From positions 930,001 through 994,000 of the forward strand of contig NC_087246.1 in NCBI RefSeq assembly GCF_037042905.1: 64,000 nt of DNA, given 5' to 3'. The DNA comes from Lytechinus pictus. Taxonomy: Eukaryota. Of the stretch, positions 1 to 13,196 are shown in pieces (within the stretch, counting starts at the first letter, position 1; each line of letters opens with the position of its first letter). The position numbers were made by a program, and so were the translations under genes. Under the pieces are notes generated by a model. It was given only the letters and a program-made list of their open reading frames with translations, did not search any database and was not told where the DNA came from.

Positions 1-1724
1 ATTATATTAAAGCTTAAGAAATGTTGCATTCATTTGAAACATTCGATGAAGCTACTACATGGTCCACGTAAAATAATACCTAGAATATACTATATACCAA
101 TACAAATAATTTTTTCAGATAAAAAAACACCTTTCCTGATCATTTAAAACAAATGATAAGTTACTTGTCTGTTATGCATTTTTTTTCTATGTATTTTCAA
201 TTATCGTCTACGTTTGTTCATCTTAAGAGACATGGTGTTGCGCTACTAGTTGTTACATTCTTTAGAGTAACGGTCTCTAGAGCACTTCATTCAGATGAAG
301 GAAGTTACCACTGTTTAATGGTTTCAGGGAAATGACATTGTTGATTTTTTTTCCTCAAATAATATTGATACCTGATAATACACATGTCTACAGTAGGGAA
401 ATACCCTGTACAAGATATTTTCCAACCAAGAATTTTCTTTTCCATTACTCTACACATGTATGTTCTAATGTTTACAAAATTGTTCTCATATTTTGTTGCC
501 TTCATCAATTTCAAACTAGTTTCATTGGCCCGTATTCTGAAGTCAGGTTTAACTTAGACCATGGTCTAACTCTGCTAAAATTATGGGAAGCCAAAAGTTT
601 CAAATTTTTTATTAAGTTGTATGTTTTTATGTTTACTGTGGTCTTTCCTGATTCATCGATGATGAAGACAGTCAACTTTTTTATACTTCCTAGACAATTA
701 TGAATGATTTGAGAGCCAAATGAGCTGAAATATATCTCTACTGTTAGTGATTTATTTAACAATTGGCTTACCATACTTAAACCACTACTTTAAACCTGAG
801 TTTAAAGTTAAACCCGACTTCAGAATACGGGCCATTGAGTATTGGACACTATTTTGTATGATGCCTAATTTTGTAGTTGATTCTAGAAATCCTTGCAGGT
901 CTGACTTCTTTGAAATCCCATTGAAATGTGTGTTGTGGAATGAAGAATTGGAAGCTTTCCATGCGACTTAACTCTTGTGATGGTCTTGTGAAAATCCTGT
1001 CTGTCTGTCTGACTCTTCTAGACGGAATATATCTGTCATGTTTTTTTTTAAATATCTTTTCAATATAAAAGAGATTTTGGTTTGTGAAACAAGAAAATCA
1101 TGCATGTAGCGATACTAGCAAAGTAGGACATCATGACATACATTTAAGCAGTCAGAATGGTCTTTAAAAAATATATGTATTTTTTCTACAAATATGTTTC
1201 AATTTAAAAGACATTACTGGCCCTGGCTGTTTACCAATGGCCATTTAAATAGTGTCCTCTCTCTTTCTCCCTTTCCAGTTGTAAAACACCAAGTCAAGTA
1301 AGGTAAAACTTTTGTAGTCTTATGTTGAGGAAGAATCATGCATAAAGAATAAATGATCATCTTTCTAGTACATGTTTTAATACAGTTACTAGTTATGTCA
1401 TTATGTAATACCATTTATATTCTGTTAACAGTCCAAAATATCTGGGTAACTTAAACCTCAAATCATCTAGCTCTATGCTTAAACACTCTCTTTTAATTGT
1501 AGTGAAGCTTATCTTTCGCCTAATTATTCTTTTTACTAATATACCCAGAGTTTATCACTGTAGTGAATCTTTAATGTGTACTAACATTTAGAAAAAATGG
1601 CTTTTCTACATGTGATGTTTGTAGTTAGGTTGTGTTCTATAGGTTTGTCTGTCTACTTTATACCTTACAAATCTGTTGTTAAAACTTTGCTCAGAAGAAG
1701 TGAGAAATGCATGATTTGCATAAT

Positions 1725-1860
1725 CTGGGGCCCGTAACACTAAGCTTAGCAATCACAGTAGAAGAATATTTTTATGATTGATTGCATTGACTACAATGTA
1801 CAATCAATCATGAAAATGAAGCGTACGATTAATTGCTAACCTTTGTGTTACAGAACCCAG
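1725..1860. mobile_element. ~130-bp MITE (GGGCCCGTAACAC family, PIF/Harbinger-like)
   Basis: Inverted ends ctggggcccgtaacac / gtgttacagaacccag. Relatives at 42495, 51684 and 60809. Confidence 0.6.
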
Positions 1861-2172
1861 ATCTGAAAATTGCTTTGACTTAAGCGATTATTTGACTTGT
1901 ATGAATGGTTGACTTAGGCAGACTTAACTGTAGCAAGAACCTGGGTTTTTATTTCAAATTTATATGTCAGATGGGGGTCAGTGTTATATATGTCATTTCA
2001 TATAAGATAATGGGTAATATTTCATTGTATGTAAATCTGATATGTAATGATTTGAGTAAAGGTTGTGTGATAAAACAAATATATGTGTTAAGGTAAATTT
2101 ATTTCTCATCCCTTTGTGTCATTTTTGTCCCAAGTATTACCTTCAAGACAGGCTCACATTGCCCAAAGAATT

Positions 2173-4920
2173 TAGTCCAGGATAGGCCCCATAGAAAATT
2201 GACCAAACCTTGTTTTTTCATATATACAATATTTTTTGATGGTTTCTTGTCAATTCAAAGGTGCTGATTTCAAATCTGAATGATGCCACTTGTGTAACCT
2301 TGAGCATTTTCTGCAAATTGGCAAAATCCAATATGGCCGCCAAAATATGCAAATTACCCATAAAATCATAAAATTGCCCACACATTGGTTATAAAATGTA
2401 CCGTATATATTCGTGTTGCAGGAGTGAAATACTCTCTGAAAAAATGTTTTTTGACAAAAAATATTTTCTAGATATTCAAAATGGCTGCCATAGACCTCTG
2501 TATTCTATATTATGTACAATATGAATGGGGAAAACTAAATTTCATAAAAGTGAGCACTAAATGCAAGTAATTGTGAATTTTAGTGAAATAATGGATGAAA
2601 ACATGATTGCTAACGAAATGTATCATTTGTTATGTCATGTATGTAATAAATGATGCATTTTAATATTCAAAAAGCCACCAAATGCCCCGACAGTATTATG
2701 TACAATGTTAATGGGGACAAAAGAAAATCACAGGAGTGAGTACAAAAATGCATATTACTAGTATTAAGATAAGCGCGTGGAATACTGGCTAAAAACATAA
2801 TTTACAAAGAAATAAAAATGCAATTTATGTGATAAATGCTGTATTTTGACATTCAAAATGGCCACCATAGGCCCATTATACTTTATGTACAATGCGATTG
2901 GAGAAATTAATTTTCACAAGAGTAAGAACTATAAAATGCATGTAATTGTGATCACCGAGTAAAATAATGTCTGAAAACATGTATTCTAGCGAAACATATT
3001 TCTTTTGTCATGCATGAGATAAATGCTGTATTGTGAAATTCAAAATGGCCCCTATAGGCCCAATAACAGTATTATCTACAATGTAAATGGGGATATGTAA
3101 TTTTGTAAGAATTTGGATTTACTTGACTATGAAATCCATAAAATCCTGTTGTATGATAAAACATTATTTGAAAACATGATTTTTATGAAATACAGCATTT
3201 CTTCTGCCATGTGATAAATACTGTATTTTGACATTCAAAATTGCTGATACAAGCCCTAACTAAATTATGTTACATGCGTATAGGGAATCTACTTTTTACA
3301 AGAGTGAGATTCATTAAAAATGCATGTAACTGTGATGTATGAGTAAAAATATTGTCTTAAACATGATTTCTAAATGTATCACATATTGGTCATGGAGGTA
3401 ACAAATGCTGTACTTTAAAATTCAAAATGGCTGCCATTGGTCATAAAAGTAGACAGAATTTGGCTTTGCTTGGCTATAAGCAGATAAGTATTGCATATAA
3501 TTGTGATGTAAGAGAAATATTGTCTAAAACCATGGTTCCTAATGAGGTATATCATATTTGGTGCATTTAAGGTGATAAATGCTGCATTCTGAAATGGAAA
3601 ATGGCCATCTTGGGCCCTTATTGTATTACGTACAATTTGAATGAGGACAGATAATTTTACAAAAGGGCATATGGCGGCCATTTTGAATTTTGAAATATAA
3701 CATTTATCACCTAAATTTTAGATGATATGATACATTTCGTTAGTACCCGGTAATCATGTTTTCAGACAATATTTCACTCATACAACACCATTTAGTCGAG
3801 CAAAGCCAAAATCTGTTAAAATCATTTGTCCCCATTCACAATGTACATAATACTGTTGGGGCATGTAGCGGCCATGTTGACTTTCAAAATACAGTATTTA
3901 TCACCTACCTGGCAGAAGAACTGATATATCTTGTTAGAAATTATGCTTTCAGACAATATTTTACTCATAGATCACAATTACGTGCATTTATGGTGCTCAC
4001 TCGTGTGAAAATTTATTTCCTAGTTTGCATTGTACATAATACAATCAATGTCTATGGCGGCCATTTGAAAGTCAAAATACATCATTAAACACAAACTTTA
4101 AACCTGAATAATATATTTCGTTAAAAATAATGTTTTTTAGACAGTTTCCCATTTATTCATCACAAATAAATGCATTTCAGTGCTCACTCTTGTGATTTTT
4201 TGGTCCTCTTTCTCATACATAATACTGTTAGGGCCTTTGGCGGCCATTTTGAATATCAAAATACAGCATTTATCATATACATGGCATATTAAATAATATA
4301 TTTCGTTAGCAATTGTGATTTAGTCAGTATTCCACTCGTTTCTCTTAATAATATGCATTTTAGTGCTCTTGCGATTTTTGTTGGCCCCTTTGCCATAGAA
4401 AATTATACTATTTGGGCCAGTGGCAGCTATTTTGAATATTAAATAACAATTTTCCCATACATGACATAATAAATGATGTATCATGTTAGCAGTGATGATT
4501 TTCATATATTACTTCGTCCATAGATCACAATTACTTGCAGTTTAGGGATCATTTTCGTGAAAAATTAATTTTCCCTATTCATATTGTACATAATAGGGTA
4601 TACAGAGGCCTGTGGTGGCCATTTTGAATATCAAGAAATAAATATTTTGTCAAAAAACTGTTTTTTCAGAGAGTATTTCACTCCTGCAACACAAATACAT
4701 ACATTTTATACATACAATTTGCTGGCAATTTTATAATTTTCATGGGTAATATGCATATTTTGGCGGCCATATTGGATTTTGCCAATTTGCAGAAAAATGC
4801 TCAAGGTTAGACGAGTGGCATCATTCAGATTCGTAATCAGCACCCTCGAATTGACAAGAAACCATCAACAAATATTGTATATATGAAAAAAAAAGGTTAT
4901 GCCTCTTCTATCCTGGACTA
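2173..4920. mobile_element. 2.75-kb foldback non-autonomous DNA transposon with internal ~187-bp tandem units
   Basis: Termini TAGTCCAGGATAG / CTATCCTGGACTA, 3-bp TSD ATT, long imperfect inverted arms. ttcaaaatggc-like units recur on the left and gccattttgaa-like units on the right of a centre near 3665. Confidence 0.85.
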
Positions 4921-5432
4921 ATTAGCACTAATTTACATTTCATGTCTACAAACTTAAGGTAGCTTTAATTTTTTGGTGTGTGTGTGATGTAAAGAGAAGG
5001 ACAGATGCATAGCGATAAAGGGATTATAGAGGGGGGTGGGGAGCAAGGGAGTGGACCGAGCGTAGTTTGGCTTTAGATATTTGTGTGACTGCTTCCAGAC
5101 ACTTGAGCCCATATTTTCATGTAACTAAATACCTGTTACTATGCTGTAATTAGTCAAATGTCTGTTTCCTTAGACAAAATATTATCTTAGACCAAGTCTA
5201 AGAAGTACTATACTGTACATCCTTTAGAAGTTACTCTTAAAAAAATATACATGTATAAAAAAAAACCTGTTTATATTTTCATTACCTCGATAGCTTAAGG
5301 TCTTTATTCCCTGGTCCGCAGATCAAAAGAAAAATAAACTTGAAGGCAAAAATATCACTCCCCTCTGATGCTAAATGGAAAGAAACATCCACCCCTTACT
5401 AACCCCCCAAAAGTTTGTAAGTTAGGTATTAA

Positions 5433-5740
5433 ATTGGGACTCCTGGCTGCAAATACATGTTTTGAACAAGTAAGGAAAAATTAGACAAAACTGAAAATTT
5501 CTTCAAAATCGGACAAGGAATAACAAGTTATGACATTTCAAAGATTCGCATTATTTTGGTGAAACAGTTCTATGCATATCTTTATGAATATTCAATGAAC
5601 AAACTGATGATGTCATATCCCCACTTTTTCTTTTGTATTTGATGAAATCATGTTTCTCCAAGAATAAAAAAACTTGAACTGGTTTAATGCATTAGATATT
5701 AATTGGCACAACTCACTTTATTATAAGGGAGACATGCCAT
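5433..5740. mobile_element. Truncated TTAA-type (Kolobok/T2-like) MITE half
   Basis: Shares aaaatttcatcaaaatcgg and gatgatgtca..tccccact blocks with the complete copy at 22552. Confidence 0.55.
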
Positions 5741-5868
5741 ACATATCTCTCTTACCATATTTGGGATATATATATATATATAGCGATTTTAGGACAAGTA
5801 AATAATCTCGGTATAAGGAGGACTATAAAAAATTGGGAAATGGGTATATTTATTTATTAATGTAAAAC

Positions 5869-5896
5869 CAAGGAGATATCACTCTAACTCTCCTTG
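5869..5896. mobile_element. 28-bp micro-hairpin with 7-bp TSD (putative P-superfamily footprint)
   Basis: GTAAAAC|CAAGGAGA...TCTCCTTG|GTAAAAC. Confidence 0.55.
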
Positions 5897-6229
5897 GTAA
5901 AACCCCCGGGTAAAACCAAAAGAGGGATAATTCAATTTCAAGTTTGTCTTTATTTATTCATATTGGAAATTTGTTTTGTTCACAACTTCAAGTCAATAAA
6001 CATAAAAAATGCCATATTAACATTAATTCCAGAAAGTTACCGTGGTACTGCCTCCAAAGAGGTTTAAAAAAATACATGTACAGCAATAATTAATAATAAT
6101 TATTATTCTAAATATGTTCAAATTTCGTCCTCAGACCTTGGAACTTGTATTTATATTTGTAGGTAAATTGGATAAAAATAATAAGAGGAGAAAAATAGAA
6201 CAGAAAGAAAAATATAATATTGCGGAAGT

Positions 6230-6400
6230 ATATTGCGCGCCTCGCTCTAGCTAGGCGGGGTCGGCCCTTGCATAGCCAGGTCGCCCGCGCCGAGGTCGAG
6301 GCCGGCGCGACATGCAAATTGCTATGCGCCGCACCGCGCCGTACTAGTGTAACGTCGACGGCCGTAAAGTTGACCGAGTTGAACTGTTGATCATCGGCCA
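6230..6400 (+). promoter_or_regulatory. CpG/GC-rich promoter-like island
   Basis: Abrupt GC- and CpG-rich tract in an AT-rich background, with a GC-box-like ggcgggg (~6254) and an octamer ATGCAAAT (6312-6319). Followed by a consensus splice donor at 6581. Confidence 0.6.
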
Positions 6401-6580
6401 TCCTTCAGCCTACACTACTACAGGCTACAGCTATCTGTTGTTTTTGCTTGTTGCTGGCCGGGGTTGCTTCTGCTTTGAACCTTTCGATAACGATGTTCAT
6501 ATCATCCTGACTGGTGGTTCTGATCAGAAACAGAAAGAAGGATTTCAAGATACCGGCATCACAGATTAGCATTAACTGAG
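6380..6580 (+). other. Putative non-coding first exon (start approximate)
   Basis: Lies directly after the CpG-rich tract and ends in GAG|GTGAGA (GT at 6581). No credible ORF. Confidence 0.45.
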
Positions 6581-7322
6581 GTGAGAAACGTAACGTTAGA
6601 CACTGTCACTGGCACTTCAGCGCAGCTGCACTGCACTAATAAATTGCAACAGGCGATCTGCATCATGAACTAGCCTGGCTTGAGGACTTCGTCATTGTTC
6701 GTGATGATATTTTTTAATATTTTGACATATAATTTTTCATCACGAAGCCTTGAAACCCTTTCGATACATGCATAAGCGACACCTATACACAAGGATGGAT
6801 TTCCATAGGAAATCCATAAGACCATATGTAGCTGGTGAAATTGGTTAGTAGTAATCAGGTAATATATAGTAGGCCCTATCTAGTATCTATTTATGTTTAA
6901 ATTATCTATTCTGTATGACTATGACTGAACTGATGAACCTTCGCTTCAGCTCAGCCGACTGTTTTAGTTTTAATAGTAAAAATTAGAGGTTTCTTACCAG
7001 ACCGATCTCGCGACCCCTCGATCCATTTGTAAACAACGCAAATACAATAGGCTTGACCCTTGAACTGCTTCGTTATGACGTACGTACTTTCGATTCATAA
7101 GCGATGTTACAAAATGCCGTTTTGAAGAACAATTTATAGATAAAAACTATTATTTAACAAATAATAAAATATGAAACTTGATAATAAAAAATAATTATGA
7201 TTAAAATTCCATTGGAGGTTTGCAAGTAATTTATTTAATATGGGCGACGAAAAAGACTGTCAAAGACAACAACAAGAACAACGACTGTCAAAGACCCTAT
7301 ACCGTACTATAGCCTATAGGCC

Positions 7323-7957
7323 TACCTCGGGCGATGTTCGTGCAGGCTCCACTCCACTTCACTACCGCTCCACCTACCCGAACATCGGGACAGTTAACTC
7401 GATCGGATATTCCGAGTCACAAAGGTGGGATGGCAATCATGGTTATCGTAAAAATTAAAGAAAAAAAATATATAACGAGGGATATAAATGACTTAATATC
7501 ATACTCTACACCCATTTTTCACTCCGTGTCCATCCTCCGGTTATCCTCAAAATTTGTGATTTTGGGCCAGTATCTTTTTCCTCACACGTATAGTATTCAC
7601 GGCCGATTTCAAAACATCGCATGCGATCGCAATCGATCAGCGACCGATCGCATGCGATGTTTTGAAATCGGCCGTGAATAATACGTGTGAGGAAAAAGAT
7701 ACTGGCCTAAAATTACAAATTTTGAGGATAACCGGAGGATGGACACGGAGTGAAATACGGGTGTAGAGTAAGATATTAAGTCATTCTGATCCCTTGTTAT
7801 ATTTTTTTTCTTTAATTTTTACGATAACCATGATTGTCATCCCACCTTTGTGACTCGGAACATCCGATCGAGTTCACTGTCCCGATGTTCGGGTAGGTGG
7901 AGCGTAGTGTAGCGGTAGTGAAGTGGAGTGGAGCCTGCACGAACATCGCCTGAGGTA
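7323..7957. mobile_element. 635-bp near-perfect palindromic MITE with 9-bp TSD
   Basis: Arms of ~310 bp (TACCTCGGGCGATGTTCG / CGAACATCGCCTGAGGTA), centre near 7635. TSD CTATAGGCC at 7314-7322 and 7958-7966. Confidence 0.9.
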
Positions 7958-8228
7958 CTATAGGCCTAACAGCTACTTGTTGATTTGAATTAATGATGTA
8001 AATAGTGGGATCAACAAAGCTTAGTAACCTAGCAAAATATGACATCTGATGATAGTCCTTCAACATATCTTTCTAAAGCAAGCCATATCCGTCAAATCCA
8101 CTTGTCATGGCCGTATGACGTCACAATACAGGTAGGGGTGGGGTAGGGAAATGGGTCGCTACTTCAGTACAATCCCTATCGGTCCCAGCATATATTCAAC
8201 TAATGTTTGAGGAATCTACATGTATAGT

Positions 8229-9093
8229 CACGTATTGTATTACCGGACACTATTATGATTCCGGACGCGCATATTACTGCGTTCGAAAACAATTTCGTAC
8301 CGTAAGACTTCCCCAATTCAATTTCACAGAGCAATACATAGAACAGGATTGCAAAAACAAGGCGAAAAAATCCAACTTTTACCTTATTTATCTCTAAAAT
8401 GACAGAAAATGCTTAAAATATCAACATACCGTAGTTTTGCATTAACAATTGATATATTTTCTAACGGAAATATGGGTCTGATCTGCCGAATTTCAATATC
8501 GTCCGCTCCTTCAATTGAATGATGAGGTGAGGTGTATTGTGGGTGATCGTCGACGGCTAGTTCTCAAGGTACCCGTGCGCGAGGTTTACCGTGAGTAAAG
8601 AGCCGTTGACGATCGGCAGCGCATCGATAGAACTTGATGAGCGTCACGATACGAACGAGCATAATATTGGAAAGTTCCATGAAACATGCAGCTAACAAGA
8701 AAAAATAAAACAAGTTATCAAACACGAATATATTACCAACATCTGCTCAGAATCGATATAAAAACAGCAAACAAAAACTTAGAATTTACTCATAATATGA
8801 TATAAGAAGAAAAAATCACACAAATTTGTTCTTACATCATTATAATCAAGAATATCTTTACCCGTCCGGCGCGCGTTATGTAATTTGTCACGCACGAAGA
8901 TAACCGTTTTTCGTAGAGGGGTATGCGGCAAGTGCAATGCAAAGAAAATGGTTGGTAAATATAAAATAATTTTAACATATTCATAATTTTTATAATATTT
9001 GGAATAGCAAGTGCGAATTTTTCTTGATAGTATTTCCTCTAGTTGTCATTTTTAAAGCACTGAAATAAAGGTGTCCAGCAATAGGATACACTG
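8229..9093. mobile_element. Possible degenerate non-autonomous DNA transposon
   Basis: Imperfect inverted ends cacgtattgtattaccggacac / gtgtccagcaataggatacactg and a CpG-rich interior. No clear TSD. Confidence 0.35.
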
Positions 9094-9414
9094 CCATATG
9101 TAGGTCAAAATCCTCCTTATTAATACTAACATTATATTAGACCTTGTTATGATTTACATGCTCTCAGATTTTGATACGTAAAGCTGTGGCCTGTTTCATG
9201 ACGAGATGAGTGATACCTAGGAACGTCCTAGGACCATTCTTTCGAGACAAATCAGCGCTTTCCGTTTCACGAAAGCAATTCTGTCTTCCAAGTCTGTGAC
9301 ATTGTTTGATATTGATAGTATCTGAAAAATATTTAGTCTTCATCGTCGCCTGAACCTTTTATTATGGAAAGTAGACTTTTCATTAAAATCATATATAAAT
9401 GGAGATCAAATAAG

Positions 9415-10325
9415 TTTTAGCTCATCCGGCCCGAAAGGCCAGATGAGCTTGTGGCGTGGCCTCTGTCGTCCTCCACAATTTCATAATGCTTCTTCTTCGT
9501 CATTTCAAGTCTGATTTCAATTCTGTCTGCTTTATATGATAGCATTAGGTGGGGGATTCAAAACTTCTACACAGAATTTAGAAACTCATTAAATATGCTA
9601 ATTTATGTGCATTTTTCAAAATTCACAAAAAATGCTTCTTTATTTGTTAACCGATTTTTAATTTTTTGCTTCCATCTGGTAGAGCTTCATGAAGTTCACC
9701 AACTTCTACACAGAATTTTGAAATTTTGACTAGAACAATTTTTATGCTAATTTATGCATATTTTTAAAAATTCACATGAAATGCTTTTTCTTTATTTGTT
9801 GACTGATTTTGATTTGTTTTCTTCCATCTGAACTTCATGAGGTTCACCAAACTTCTACACAGAATTTTGAAATTTGGAGTAGAAAATTATTTATGCTAAT
9901 TTATGCGAAATTTATTCGTAAATCACACAAAAAAAAAATTCTCCTTCATTTGTTGATGCAAAATTTCAACACAGAATTTTGAAACTCATTAAATATGCTG
10001 ATTTATTCATATATTTTCAAAACTCACAAAAAATACTTTTTATTTGTTGATTATTTTTGTTCCATCTGAGAGCTACATGAGGTTCACCAAGGTTCTACAC
10101 AGAGTTTAGAAATTTTGACTAGAAAATTATTTATGCTTAATTTATATGAAATTTATTCATATATCACAAAAATGCTTCTATGTTATTTCTTCATCAATTT
10201 CAATTCTATATCCTCAATTTATGTCACCAATATAATTCACTACAGTGTCAACTGGGCTGAATTATAATTGTGTTAAATTTCGTTGCGAGATGCCGGATGA
10301 GCTCCACATCATTGATGTGCTAGTT
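9415..10325 (+). mobile_element. Non-autonomous Helentron-type element (HINE/DINE-1/pearl-like), family A copy 1
   Basis: 5' subTIR agctcatccggc with adjacent inverted repeat gccagatgagct. Internal tandem units (ttctacacagaattttgaaa). 3' subTIR gccggatgagct, hairpin cacatcattgatgtg, CTAG end, T-rich flanks. Confidence 0.8.
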
Positions 10326-10915
10326 AATTTATTAGTGATAGTAGAATTGATGTATGGAGCTTACTTTATGAGGTAAGAGGATGTAACATTTTTTTAAATT
10401 CACGAACATAACTGGATAAAATTGAAATTTTCATTATTTCCCTTATCTAGAAAACGGTGCCGTTTCAAGGACACCTTTTGTTGATATTTCAACGAAATAG
10501 ACCCTTGTCCGAAAATAAAAATTGAAGTACCGATAACGTAATGTCAACATTGTATTATTTCAATATTCTGATATTTTATTGCATGCTTATTTGAAGTGAT
10601 AATTTTGCAAATTATGCTTTAAATGTTGATTTGTTGAAGTAAAAATAGAGGGTTTGAATGGAGTACACAAAATCAACGTGTCTTACTGTATGAGACTAAA
10701 AAGGAAAATATGAGTAGCTGCGTGTGAAAAATCGAATTGATTTATTTTATTCGTCAGATATAACGCAAGATATACAAATGTGAATAAACATACCTTTGCA
10801 TGAAATGTAATCGAGGACAAGCAAAATATACTTGCTACAAACATGTCATGTGGGTAGAGTAGCATGGCAACAATTAAACGTATAGAAAAATGTGTGAAAT
10901 CAGTATGATTTGGGA

Positions 10916-11034
10916 TAGTACAAAATACAAATCCTATTGGCACGTACAAAACTAGGTCTCGTGTAAATTCTTTTTGGAACCAGGAAACTTGGTGTTGTAG
11001 GAAACCGTGGCAATAGGATTTGTACTTTGTACTA
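10916..11034. mobile_element. ~120-bp MITE
   Basis: ~29-bp inverted repeat tagtacaaaatacaaatcctattggcacg / cgtggcaataggatttgtactttgtacta. Confidence 0.55.
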
Positions 11035-11126
11035 CCGTACTCAGGCTAGCTTTGTGTGGGTGGGCCAATCATGTCTCTTCCAAGTTCCAGGGAACTACAT
11101 TATCGAAATTGTGTCTTTCTAGAGAC

Positions 11127-13190
11127 AATAATAATAATAATAATAATATGCATTTATATAGCGCAAAAACTATTTCTATATATTCTATTGTGCTGCAAGA
11201 GCTTCTTAGGTGCTGTACATACTATTGGAATAGATAGGTTTTTAATTTTAACTTGAAATTATGTAAATTTGTTAAATTCCTAATGTTGAGGGGAAGTTTG
11301 TTCCATAATCGTGGGGCTGCCGCTGACATCAGAAATGACCTATCTCCTAGTGTTGCTTTCTTGTGTGGGGGTACTTGCAGTGTGAGTGTATCTTGTGAGC
11401 TACGTAGGTGATGGTCATGAGATCGGGATTTCAATTTCAAGAGATCTGAGATATAACTTGGGGCCAGACCATTAAGACCTTTAAAGACTATCATTAGGAT
11501 CTATGTGATTCTTTGCTGGACAGGTAACCAGTGTAATTCTCTCAGTAATGGGGTGACTGGAGAGAATTTGGGAAGACGACATATTAAATGTGCACATGTG
11601 TTTTACACTCTCTGCAGTTTGCTTATTTGAGAATCAGGTAATCCATAGAGAACACTTTTTACAATAATCCAATTTACTTGTGATACAAGCATGAACAATA
11701 GTTTTCATGCTGTCTTGATCAAAAAATTTACGGATACGTCTCAAGTTATAGATCATAAAATAAGCGGATTTACAAACATTGTTGATTTGTGATTCCATGC
11801 TTAAGTAGGTATCAAAGACTACACCAAGGTTTATGGTTTTATCTGATGGAGTTATAACCGAATTGCCAACAGTTAAGCTACAGCCCCCAAATTTTGAAAC
11901 CTGACGTGGGGTACCAATGACCAACAATTCAGTTTTCCTATCATTCAACATTAACTTATTTTGAAGCATCCAGGTTCTACTATATGCCACATAATCTAAA
12001 ATTTATCATCTCGTGATGCATTTGGGGAGAAAGATAAGTATAGTTGTGTGTCGTCTGCATAGCAGTGGGAAGTGATACAGGGAAACTCTCTTTTTATACC
12101 GTAAAGAAATCTACTTGTGTACATAGCAAACAATAAGGGGCCGAGACGTGACCCCTGCGGTACACCGAAAGGCACCTTGAATACATCTGACATAGGGCAA
12201 TTCCATAAAATAATCAACCTTTTTGTACGTCCAACCCCCATTTTTCTCAAGTCTTACTTCACTTTACAAACTGACCAAGTCATGGACCCTTGAGAACATT
12301 ACTGACTGTCAAACAAACAAGAAATCAGAGACAGAAAATTTTATGAAGTCCCCACATATAGGGGGTCGGACGTATATATTTTATGGAATTGCCCCATAGT
12401 ATTATCCATTTCGATTGACTGCCTTCTCTCTGAAAGATAGGATTTAATCCATTCGAGTGCATTGCCATTGATTGTAAAATGATTTTTAAGTGTTTCAACT
12501 AAACATGAGTGGTCTATCGTGTCAAAGCATTAATGAGACCTTTTAATTGTCCATGGACATTAAGAGATCATTTTTAATTCTAAGGAGGACTGTTTCAGTA
12601 TTAAGTAATTTTATGTATTTATGAAGGATTGAGAGTCTCTATCATTGGTATCAACATGTATATTGATATCTCCAACTATCATTAAAGGAACATTGGAAAG
12701 TAAGTGACTCTGAATATAGTCACTGAATTCTGATATAAAGCATAATACAGACACAGGGTGCAATTCTGAGTATGGAGGCCTATATATATTTATTAAGTAT
12801 AACTGATATGATTTACATGAGATCTGGTACTCGGCAAATTCAAACGATGTTTGCTCACCAGCAAATGTTTGAAAGGCATTGATGGTTTCTCTAAAAACTA
12901 GTCCAGTTCCCCCACCACGTCGGTTGCATCGAGGGTGATGAATGAACTTATATCCGGGAGGAACAAATTTACACAGAATTGTAGCACTGTCCGTTAGCCA
13001 GGTCATAGGTAGAAGGTCGGCGTTACTGTCACAGATGAAGTCGTATATCAGTGATGATTTGTTGCGCACTGATTGAACATTCATGGAGCAAAGAAGAAGC
13101 TGTTCCGATGATCTTGACAGTTTTGTTTGTCGACATATTTGAGAAATATTTCAGAAGGGCTTTTGGCACTTTTTAACTGGTGATTTCTGC
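11127..13190 (-). mobile_element. Decayed L2/CR1-group LINE (APE endonuclease + reverse transcriptase remnants)
   Basis: APE motifs (MNVQSVRNK, GGGTG, IYRPP, GDINIH) at 12611-13084. RT motifs AFDTIDH, GVPQGS.LGPLLF, YADDTQLYLS, LMLNDRKTE. C-terminal GLAPSY and AAPRLWNKLP. 3' tail gcgctatataaatgcata(tta)n ending at 11127. Frameshifts and stops throughout. Confidence 0.92.
12195..12394. mobile_element. 200-bp MITE inserted in the LINE RT
   Basis: 18-bp TIR GGGCAATTCCATAAAATA and 4-bp duplication CATA. Removing it restores the RT reading EMDNTMSDVFKVPFGVPQGS. Confidence 0.88.
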
Positions 13191-13196
13191 TAGACA

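Noticed and set aside
153..2096. Short ORFs at the window start
   Set aside because: AT-rich with no domain-like sequence, consistent with non-coding DNA.
6108..6401. 97-aa minus-strand ORF or divergent gene at the CpG island
   Set aside because: Composition simply tracks the GC-rich to AT-rich transition. No supporting minus-strand exons were found.
7240..8066. ORFs 7240-7458, 7334-7681 and 7812-8066 with near-identical peptides on opposite strands
   Set aside because: Artefact of the 635-bp palindromic MITE.
11222..13084. Functional RT gene or retron-like system
   Set aside because: Fragmented L2/CR1 ORF2 with stops, frameshifts, a deletion and a MITE insertion.
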